In this document: in pieces, positions 1 through 12,224 of the stretch | Numbering within the stretch: position 1 is the stretch's first letter | Layout of the letters: every line of letters begins with the position of its first letter | From: the human T2T-CHM13v2.0 reference genome, Homo sapiens | Assembly: GCF_009914755.1 (NCBI RefSeq) | Contig: NC_060940.1 | Length of the DNA: 64,000 nucleotides | Reading direction: 5' to 3' (one strand) | Position numbers and translations under genes: made by a program | Notes under the pieces: generated by a model | Databases searched by the model: none | What the model was told of the DNA's origin: nothing | The model's input: the letters and a program-made list of their open reading frames with translations, nothing else

Positions 1-3000
1 TCATTGGATGATGACTCCATTCGAGTCCATTCGATGATTCCACTCGATTCCATTAGATGACTCCATTGGAGTCCATTTGATTGTTCCATTCGATTCCATT
101 CGATTCCTTTCGAAGATTATTCCATTTGAGTGCATTCGATGATGATTCCATTCCATTCCATTCGATGATTCCGTTTGATTCTATTCGATGATTCCCTTCG
201 ATTCCTTTCTTTGATGATTCCATTCCATTCCATTCAATGATTCCATTCGAATCTATTCCATGATGATTCCTTTCGATTCCATTCGCTGATGTTTCCGTTC
301 AATTCCATTCGATGATGATTCTATTCGATTCCATTCATTGAGGATTCCATTTGATTCCATTCAATGATGATTCCATTCTATTCCATTCAATGATTGCATT
401 CAATTCCATTCAATGATTATCCCATTAGAGTAAACTCAACGATTCCATTCAATACCATTCGATGATGATTCCTTTTGAGTCCATTCAATGATTTCATTCA
501 AGTCCATTTGATGATTCCTTTCAATTCCATTCTATGATGATTCCATTCGAGTCCATTCGATGATTCCATTCGATTGCATTCGATGATTCCATTATATTCC
601 ATTCAACGGTGATTCCATTCGAGTCCATTCCATGATTCCATTAGAGTACATTTAATGATTGCTTTGTTTTCAATTCGAAGATGATTACATTGGATTCCAT
701 TCTATGATACCATTCGATTCCATTCAATGATGATTCCACTCAAATCCATTGGATGATTCCATTCGTGTCCATTCGGTGATTTCATTAGATTCCATTCGAG
801 GATGATTCCATTCGATTCCATTCGATGATTCCATTCAATTCCATTCGATGATGATTCCATTCCAGTCCATATGATCATTCCATTTGATTTCATTCGATGA
901 TGATTCCATTCGATTCCATTCGACGATTCCATTCTATTCCATTCGATGATGATTCCATTCGAGTCCATTCGATCAATCCATTCGAGTCCATTTAATGATT
1001 CCATTGGGTTCAATTCAATGATGATTACATTGGATTCCGTTCTATGATTCCATTCAATTCCGTTCATTGACAATTTGATTCCATTCGATGATGATTCCAT
1101 TTGAGTTCATTCGATGATTCTATTCGATTCTCTTCGATGGTGATTCAATTTTATTATATTGGATAATTCCATTCGATTCCATTTGATGTTGATTCAATTC
1201 GATTCTATTCGATGATGATTCCATTGGATTTCACTTGATGATTCTATTCGATTCCATTCAATGATGATTCACTTCTCGTCCATTGGATGATTCCATTTCA
1301 TTCCATTCGATGATGATTCCATTTGATTCCATTCGTTGATTCCATTTGATTCCATGCGACGGTGAGCAATTCGATTCAATTCCATGATGATTCTATTTGA
1401 TTCAATTAGATGATGTTTCCATTCGAATCCATTCCATGATTATTCCATTGGAATCCATTCGGCGATGATTCCATATGAGTCAATTCAATGATGATTCCAT
1501 ATGGGTCCGTTCGATGATAATTCCATTTGATTTCATTCGATGCTTCTATTCTATTCCAGTCGATGATGATTCCGTTGGAGTCCATACGATGATTCCATTT
1601 GATTTCATTTGATGATGATTCCATTCGATGATGATTACATTGGATTCCATTCTATGATTCCATTCAATTCCATTCGTTGATGATTCGATTCCATTCAATG
1701 ATGATTCCATTTGAGTTCATTCGATGATTCTATTCGATTCCGTTCGATGGTGATTCAATTCTATTATATTGGATGATTCCACTCGATTCCATTTGATGAT
1801 TATTCCATTGGAGTCCACTTAGTGAATCCTTTAGATTCTACTCGACGATGATTCCATTCGAGTCCATTCGATGATACCATTCAATTCCATTCGTTGATGC
1901 TTCCATTCAAGTGCATTCGATGATATCATTCGATTCCATTTGATGATAATTCCATTTGATTCCATGCGATGATTCTATTCGATTCCATTCAATGATAATT
2001 CCATTCAATTCAGTGATTCCTCTGGACTCCATTTGATGATGATTCCATTCAATGATTCCATTCGATTCTATTCGAAAATGATTCCATTTGAATCCATTTG
2101 ATGATGATTCCATTAGATTCCATTTGATGATTCCATTCGATTCCATTCGACGATGATTCCATTCGATTCCGTTTGATGATTCCATTCTATTCTATTCGAT
2201 GATGATTCCATTCGATTCCATTCGATGATGATTGGATTCGATTCCATTGGATGATTTCATTTGATTCCATTCGTTAATGATTTCGATCAATTCCATTCGA
2301 TGATTCCATTCGATTCCATTCGATAATGATTACATCCGAGTCCATTCGATGATTCCCTTTGAGCCTGTTCGATAATTCCATTTGAGTCCAACCAATGATT
2401 CCATTCATTTCCATTCAATGATTCCATTCGAGTCCATTTGATCATTCCGGTAGGGTCCATTCGATGTTGATTCCATTGGAGTGCATTCGATGATTCCATT
2501 CGAGTCCATTTTAGGATTTGATTCGAGTCCTTTCGATGATTCCATTCGATTCCACTCGATGATGATTTCATTCGAGTCCATTCGACACTTCCAATCGATT
2601 CCATTTGATGATTCCATTCGAGTCCAATTGATGATTCCATTCAATTCCATTCGATGATGATTCCGTACGATTCCATTCTGTGATGATTCCATGTGATTGC
2701 ATTCAATGATGATTCCTTTCGATTGCATTCGATTATGATTCATTTCGTGTTCATTCTATGGTTCCACAGGTTTCCATTCGTGTCCATTCCATTATTCCAT
2801 TCTATTCCATTTGATGATGATTCCGTTCGATTCCATTCATTGGTGATTCCACTCAATTCCATTCAATGATTCCATTCCATTTCTTTCAACAATGATTCCA
2901 TTAGTTTCTAATCGATGATCCACTTGATTCCATTTGACGACGATTCCATTCTTGTCCATTCGATGATTCCATTTGATTCCATATGATGATGATTCCATTC

Positions 3001-6000
3001 GATTCCATACCATGATGATTCCATTCGAGTCCATTCAATGGTGATTCCATTCAATTCCATTCGATGATTCCTTTTGATTCCATTCGATGATGATGGCATT
3101 CGATTCCTTTCAATCATTCCCTTTGATTCCATTCAAAGGTGATTTCATTCAAGTCCATTCGATAATTGCATTCGATTCCATTCTATGATGATTCCATTCG
3201 AGTCCATTTGATGATTCCATTCAATTCAAGTCAATGATGATTCCATTCGATTCCATTCGATGATTCCATTGGATTCCATTCGATGATGATTCCATTCAAA
3301 TCCATTCGATAATTCAATTCAAGTCCATTCGATGATGATTCCAATCGAATCCATTCAAAGATTCCATTCAGTTCCATTCGATGATTCCCTTAGATTCCAT
3401 TCGATGATTCCACTTGATTGCATTTACGATGATTCCATTCGATTCCATGTGATGATTCCATTCAATTCTATTCAATGATGTCTCCATTTGATTCCATTCG
3501 ACCATGATTGCCTTTGATTCCATTCAATGATTCCATTCGGTTCCGTTTGATGATGATTCCGTTCGATTCCATTTGATGATTCCATTTGATTCCATTGGAT
3601 GAGTCCATTCGATTACATTCGATGATTATTCCATTCGAGTGCATTAGATGATTCCATTCGAGTCCATTCGATGATTCCATTCGATTCCATTCGATGTTGA
3701 TTCTGTTCAAATCCATTCGATGATTCCACTCGATTCCATTCGTTGACTCCATTTGATCCCATTCGATGATTTCCTTTGATTCCCTTTGATGATCATTCCA
3801 TTTGATTCAATTCGGTGATTTCATTTGATTCCATTCAGTGATGTTTCCATTCGACTCCATTCGATGATTATTCCATTCGACTCCATTCGATTATGATTTC
3901 ATTCAATTCCATTCGATAATGATTCCCTTCGAGTCCATTCGATGATTCCATTCGATTCCATTCAACAATGATTTGATTCGTGTCCATTCGATGATTCCAT
4001 TTGATTCCACATGATGATGATTCCATTCGAGTCCATTTGATGATTCCATTCAATTCCATACTCCGATGATTTCTTTTGAGCCCACTCAATGCTTCCACTC
4101 GATTCCATATGATGATGACTCCATTCGATGAAATTCGATGATGATTCCATTCGCTTGCTTTCGATGATGATTCCACTTGAGTCCGTTAGAAGATTCTATT
4201 CAATTACATTCCATGACAATTCCGTTCGAGTCCATTTGATGATTCCATTAGACTCCATTCGACGATGATTCCATTCGATGTTATTCGATGATTCCATTCG
4301 ATCTCATTCGATGATGATTCCATTCAACTCCATTCGATGTTTCCATTCGAGTTCATTCTATTATTCCATTAGATTCCATTCGATGATGATTCCATTCGAT
4401 TCCATTTGATGATTGCATTCTATTTCATTTGATGATGATTCCATTCGAGTCCACTCGATGATTCCATTCGAGTCCATTTAATGAATCCATTGGTTTCAAT
4501 TCTATGATGATTACATTGGATTACATTCGTTGATGATTTCATTCGGTTCCATTCAAGGATGATTCCATTCAATTCCTTTCAATGTTTCCATTCAATTCCA
4601 TACGATGATGATTCCATTTGATTTGATTCGACAGTGAGCCATTCGATTCAATTCCATGATGATTCTATTTGATTCAATTGGTTGACATTTCCATTCGATT
4701 CCATTCGATGATGATTCCCTTTGATTCCGTTCAAAGATGATTCCATTCTAGCCCATTCAATCATTCCATTCGATTCTATTCAATGATGATTCCATTCATG
4801 TCGATTTGGTGATTCCATTTGACTTCATTTGATGATGATTCCTTTCAAGTTCATTAGATGATTCCATTCGATTCCATTTGATGATGATCCCATTCGAGTC
4901 CATTCAGTGATTCCATTCGTTTCCATTCCATGATGATTCCATTCCTTTCCATTCAATGATTCCATTCGATTCCGTTTGATGATGATTTCATTCGAGTCCA
5001 TTTGATGATTCCATTTGATTCCATTCGATGATGATTCCATTCGAGTCCATTCGATGATTCTATTCGAATCCATTTGATGATTTCTTTTGATTATATTTGG
5101 TGATGATTCCATTGGAGTCCATTCAATGATTCCATTCGATTCCAATCGATGATGATTCCATTAGAGTCCATTTAATGATTCCATTTGATTCCAGTCTCTG
5201 ATGATTACATTCGAGTCCATACGATGATTCCACTCAATTCCATATGATGATGATTCCATTTGATTCCATTCGGTGATTCCATTCTATTCTATTCAATGGT
5301 GATTCCATTCGAGTACATTAGATGATTCCATTCGATTCCATTCAATGATGATTCTATTTGTGTCCCTTAGATGATTCCACATGATTCCATTACATGATGA
5401 TACTATTTGAGCCCATCCAATGATTCCCTTCGATTCCATTCGATGAGGATTCCATTCGATTCAGTTCATTGGTGATTCTATTCAATTCAATTCTTTGATT
5501 CCATTCCATTCCATTCGACAATGATTCCATTCGATTTCTTTCGATGATTCCACTCGATTCCACTTGACATTGATTCCCTTCGATTCCATTCAATGATTCC
5601 ATTTGATTCCAGTGGATGATGATTGCCATCGATTCCATTCGATCACTCCATTCTATTCCATTTGATGATGATTACATTCGATTCCATTTGACGATTCCAT
5701 CTGATTCTATTCGAGGATTCCATTTGATTCCATTCGATGATGATTCCATTCGAGTCCATTCGATGATTTCATTCGAGTACATCCAATGATTCCATTCGAG
5801 TCCATTAGATGATTCCATTTGATTCCATTTGAAAATGATTCTACTAGAGTCCATTCAATGACTCCATTCGAGTCCATTCAACAATTCCATTCGACTCCAT
5901 TCGATGATTCCATTCGATTCCATTTGATGGTTCCATTCGATTCCATTTAATCATTACAGTCGAGTCCATTTGGTGATTCCACTGGATTTCTTTTGATAAT

Positions 6001-6112
6001 GATACCATTCAATTACATTTGATGATGATCCCATTCAATTTCATTTGATGATGATTCCATTAGAGTCCATTCGATGATTTCATTCGAGTCCCTTCATTGA
6101 TTCCATCCGATT
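1..6112 (+). repeat. Higher-order unit U1 (6112 bp; register arbitrary, set by window start)
   Basis: TCATTGGATGATGACTCC at 1 recurs at 6113; the ORF track repeats with offset 6112 (702 to 6814). Confidence 0.95.
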
Positions 6113-9100
6113 TCATTGGATGATGACTCCATTCGAGTCCATTCGATGATTCCACTCGATTCCATTAGATGACTCCATTGGAGTCCATTTGATTGTTCCA
6201 TTCGATTCCATTCGATTCCTTTCGAAGATTATTCCATTTGAGTCCATTCGATGATGATTCCATTCCATTCCATTCGATGATTCCGTTTGATTCCATTCGA
6301 TGATTCCCTTCGATTCCTTTCTTTGATGATTCCATTCCATTCCATTCAATGATTCCATTCGAATCTATTCCATGATGATTCCTTTCGATTCCATTCGCTG
6401 ATGTTTCCGTTCAATTCCATTCGATGATGATTCCATTCGATTCCATTCATTGAGGATTCCATTTGATTCCATTCAATGATGATTCCATTCTATTCCATTC
6501 AATGATTGCATTCAATTCCATTCAATGATTATCCCCTTAGAGTAAACTCAACGATTCCATTCAATACCATTCGATGATGATTCCTTTTGAGTCCATTCAA
6601 TGATTTCATTCAAGTCCATTTGATGATTCCTTTCAATTCCATTCTATGATGATTCCATTCGAGTCCATTCGATGATTCCATTCGATTGCATTCGATGATT
6701 CCATTATATTCCATTCAACGGTGATTCCATTCGAGTCCATTCCATGATTCCATTAGAGTACATTTAATGATTGCTTTGTTTTCAATTCGAAGATGATTAC
6801 ATTGGATTCCATTCTATGATACCATTCGATTCCATTCAATGATGATTCCACTCAAATCCATTGGATGATTCCATTCGTGTCCATTCGGTGATTTCATTAG
6901 ATTCCATTCGAGGATGATTCCATTCGATTCCATTCGATGATTCCATTCAATTCCATTCGATGATGATTCCATTCCAGTCCATATGATCATTCCATTTGAT
7001 TTCATTCGATGATGATTCCATTCGATTCCTTTCGACGATTCCATTCTATTCCATTCGATGATGATTCCATTCGAGTCCATTCGATGATTCCATTCGAGTC
7101 CATTTAATGATTCCATTGGGTTCAATTCAATGATGATTACATTGGATTCCATTCTCTGATTCCATTCAATTCCGTTCAATGACAATTTGATTCCATTCGA
7201 TGATGATTCCATTTGAGTTCATTCGATGATTCTATTCGATTCTCTTCGATGGTGATTCAATTCTATTATATTGGATGATTCCATTCGATTCCATTTGATG
7301 TTGATTCAATTCGATTCTATTCGATGATGATTCCATTGGATTTCACTTGATGATTCTATTCGATTCCATTCAATGATGATTCACTTCTCGTCCATTGGAT
7401 GATTCCATTTCATTCCATTCGATGATGATTCCATTCGATTCCATTCGATGATTCCATTTGATTCCATGCGACGGTGAGCAATTCGATTCAATTCCATGAT
7501 GATTCTATTTGATTCAATTAGATGATGTTTCCATTCGAATCCATTCCATGATTATTCCATTGGAATCCATTCGGCGATGATTCCATATGAGTCAATTCAA
7601 TGATGATTCCATATGGGTCCGTTCGATGATAATTCCATTTGATTTCATTCGATGCTTCTATTCTATTCCAGTCGATGATGATTCCGTTGGAGTCCATACG
7701 ATGATTCCATTTGATTTCATTTGATGATGATTCCATTCGATGATGATTACATTGGATTCCATTCTATGATTCCATTCAATTCCATTCGTTGATGATTCGA
7801 TTCCATTCAATGATGATTCCATTTGAGTTCATTCGATGATTCTACTCGATTCCGTTCGATGGTGATTCAATTCTATTATATTGGATGATTCCACTCGATT
7901 CCATTTGATGATTATTGCATTGGAGTCCATTTAGTGAATCCTTTAGATTCTATTCGACGATGATTCCATTCGAGTCCATTCGATGATACCATTCAATTCC
8001 ATTCGTTGATGCTTCCATTCAAGTGCATTCGATGATATCATTCGATTCCATTTGATGATAATTCCATTTGATTCCATGCGATGATTCTATTCGATTCCAT
8101 TGAATGATAATTCCATTCAATTCAGTGATTCCTCTGGACTCCATTTGATGATGATTCCATTCAATGATTCCATTCGATTCTATTCGAAAATGATTCCATT
8201 TGAATCCATTTGATGATGATTCCATTAGATTCCATTTGATGATTCCATTCGATTCCATTCGACGATGATTCCATTCGATTCCGTTTGATGATTCCATTCT
8301 ATTCTATTCGATGATGATTCCATTCGATTCCATTCGATGATGATTGGATTCGATTCCATTTGATGATTTCATTTGATTCCATTCGTTAATGATTTCGATC
8401 AATTCCATTCGATGATTCCATTCGATTCCATTCGATAATGATTACATCCGAGTCCATTCGATGATTCCCTTTGAGCCTGTTCGATAATTCCATTTGAGTC
8501 CAACCAATGATTCCATTCATTTCCATTCAATGATTCCATTCGAGTCCATTTGATCATTCCGGTAGGGTCCATTCGATGTTGATTCCATTGGAGTGCATTC
8601 GATGATTCCATTCGAGTCCATTTTAGGATTTGATTCGAGTCCTTTCGATGATTCCATTCGATTCCACTCGATGATGATTTCATTCGAGTCCATTCGACAC
8701 TTCCAATCGATTCCATTTGATGATTCCATTCGAGTCCAATTGATGATTCCATTCAATTCCATTCGATGATGATTCCGTACGATTCCATTCTGTGATGATT
8801 CCATGTGATTGCATTCAATGATGATTCCTTTCGATTGCATTCGATTATGATTCATTTCGTGTTCATTCTATGGTTCCACAGGTTTCCATTCGTGTCCATT
8901 CCATTATTCCATTCTATTCCATTTGATGATGATTCCATTCGATTCCATTCATTGGTGATTCCACTCAATTCCATTCAATGATTCCATTCCATTTCTTTCA
9001 ACAATGATTCCATTAGTTTCTAATCGATGATCCACTTGATTCCATTTGACGACGATTCCATTCTTGTCCATTTGATGATTCCATTTGATTCCATATGATG

Positions 9101-12100
9101 ATGATTCCATTCGATTCCATACCATGATGATTCCATTCGAGTCCATTCAATGGTGATTCCATTCAATTCCATTCGATGATTCCTTTCGATTCCATTCAAT
9201 GATGATGGCATTCGATTCCTTTTAATCATTCCCTTTGATTCCATTCAAAGGTGATTTCATTCAAGTCCATTCGATAATTGCATTCGATTCCATTCTATGA
9301 TGATTCCATTCGAGTCCATTTGATGATTCCATTCAATTCAAGTCAATGATGATTCCATTCAATTCCATTCGATGATTCCATTGGATTCCATTCGATGATG
9401 ATTCCATTCAAATCCATTCGATAATTCAATTCAAGTCCATTCGATGATGATTCCAATCGAATCCATTCAAAGATTCCATTCTGTTCCATTCGATGATTCC
9501 CTTAGATTCCATTCGATGATTCCACTTGATTGCATTTATGATGATTCCATTCGATTCCATGTGATGATTCCATTCAATTCTATTCAATGATGTCTCCATT
9601 TGATTCCATTCGACCATGATTGCCTTTGATTCCATTCAATGATTCCATTCGGTTCCGTTTGATGATGATTCCGTTCGATTCCATTTGATGATTCCATTTG
9701 ATTCCATTGGATGAGTCCATTCGATTACATTCGATGATTATTCCATTCGAGTGCATTAGATGATTCCATTCGAGTCCATTCGATGATTCCATTCGATTCC
9801 ATTCGATGTTGATTCTGTTCAAATCCATTCGATGATTCCACTCGATTCCATTCGTTGACTCCATTTGATCCCATTCGATGATTTCCTTTGATTCCCTTTG
9901 ATGATCATTCCATTTGATTCAATTCGGTGATTTCATTTGATTCCATTCAGTGATGTTTCCATTCGACTCCATTCGATGATGATTCCATTCGACTCCATTC
10001 GATTATGATTTCATTCAATTCCATTCGATAATGATTCCCTTCGAGTCCATTCGGTGATTCCATTCGATTCCATTCAACTATGATTTGATTCGTGTCCATT
10101 CGATGATTCCATTTGATTCCACTTGATGATGATTCCATTCGAGTCCATTTGATGATTCCATTCAATTCCATACTCCGATGATTTCTTTTGAGCCCACTCA
10201 ATGCTTCCACTCGATTCCATATGATGATGACTCCATTCGATGAAATTCGATGATGATTCCATTCGCTTGCTTTCGATGATGATTCCACTTGAGTCCGTTA
10301 GAAGATTCTATTCAATTACATTCCATGACGATTCCGTTCGAGTCCATTTGATGATTCCATTAGACTCCATTCGACGATGATTCCATTCGATGTTATTCGA
10401 TGATTCCATTCGATCTCATTCGATGATGATTCCATTCAACTCCATTCGATGTTTCCATTCGAGTTCATTCTATTATTCCATTAGATTCCATTCGATGATG
10501 ATTCCATTCGATTCCATTTGATGATTGCATTCTATTTCATTTGATGATGATTCCATTCGAGTCCACTCGATGATTCCATTCGAGTCCATTTAATGAATCC
10601 ATTGGTTTCAATTCTATGATGATTACATTGGATTCCATTCGTTGATGATTTCATTCGGTTCCATTCAATGATGATTCCATTCAATTCCTTTCAATGTTTC
10701 CATTCAATTCCATACGATGATGATTCCATTTGATTTGATTCGACAGTGAGCCATTCGATTCAATTCCATGATGATTCTATTTGATTCAATTGGTTGACAT
10801 TTCCATTCGATTCCATTCGATGATGATTCCCTTTGATTCCGTTCAAAGATGATTCCATTCTAGCCCATTCAATCATTCCATTCGATTCTATTCAATGATG
10901 ATTCCATTCATGTCGATTTGGTGATTCCATTTGACTTCATTTGATGATGATTCCTTTCAAGTTCATTAGATGATTCCATTCGATTCCATTTGATGATGAT
11001 CCCATTCGAGTCCATTCAGTGATTCCATTCGTTTCCATTCCATGATGATTCCATTCCTTTCCATTCAATGATTCCATTCGATTCCGTTTGATGATGATTT
11101 CATTCGAGTCCATTTGATGATTCCATTTGATTCCATTCGATGATGATTCCATTCGAGTCCATTCGATGATTCTATTCGAATCCATTTGATGATTTCTTTT
11201 GATTATATTTGGTGATGATTCCATTGGAGTCCATTCAATGATTCCATTCTATTCCAATCGATGATGATTCCATTAGAGTCCATTTAATGATTCCATTTGA
11301 TTCCAGTCTCTGATGATTACATTCGAGTCCATACGATGATTCCACTCAATTCCATATGATGATGATTCCATTTGATTCCATTCGGTGATTCCATTCTATT
11401 CTATTCAATGGTGATTCCATTCGAGTACATTAGATGATTCCATTCGATTCCATTCAATGATGATTCTATTTGTGTCCCTTAGATGATTCCACATGATTCC
11501 ATTACATGATGATACTATTTGAGCCCATCCAATGATTCCCTTCGATTCCATTCGATGAGGATTCCATTCGATTCAATTCATTGGTGATTCTATTCAATTC
11601 AATTCTTTGATTCCATTCCATTCCATTCGACAATGATTCCATTCGATTTCTTTCGATGATTCCACTCGATTCCACTTGACATTGATTCCATTCGATTCCA
11701 TTCAATGATTCCATTTGATTCCAGTGGATGATGATTGCCATCGATTCCATTCGATCACTCCATTCTATTCCATTTGATGATGATTACATTCGATTCCATT
11801 TGATGATTCCATCTGATTCTATTCGAGGATTCCATTTGATTCCATTCGATGATGATTCCATTCGAGTCCATTCGATGATTTCATTCGAGTACATCCAATG
11901 ATTCCATTCGAGTCCATTAGATGATTCCATTTGATTCCATTTGAAAATGATTCTACTAGAGTCCATTCAATGACTCCATTCGAGTCCATTCAACAATTCC
12001 ATTCGACTCCATTCGATGATTCCATTCGATTCCATTTGATGGTTCCATTCGAGTCCATTTAATCATTACAGTCGAGTCCATTTGTTGATTCCACTGGATT

Positions 12101-12224
12101 TCTTTTGATAATGATACCATTCAATTACATTTGATGATGATCCCATTCAATTTCATTTGATGATGATTCCATTAGAGTCCATTCGATGATTTCATTCGAG
12201 TCCCTTCATTGATTCCATCCGATT
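6113..12224 (+). repeat. Higher-order unit U2 (6112 bp)
   Basis: Anchor at 6113, next at 12225; unit landmarks such as CCGGTAGGGTCC, GGTTCCACAGG and CGCTTGCTTTCG each occur once. Confidence 0.95.

Noticed and set aside
1442-1504. Small palindromes (ATTCCA-T-TGGAAT; CCATATGG)
   Set aside because: The stems are only 4-6 bp and are expected from point mutations of the monomer. They are too weak for a terminator or cruciform claim.
2447-2772. G-rich islands CCGGTAGGGTCC and GGTTCCACAGG as possible foreign inserts or protein-binding boxes
   Set aside because: They stay in phase with the monomer and can be derived from it by several substitutions. They show no match I recognise to the CENP-B box or another defined motif.
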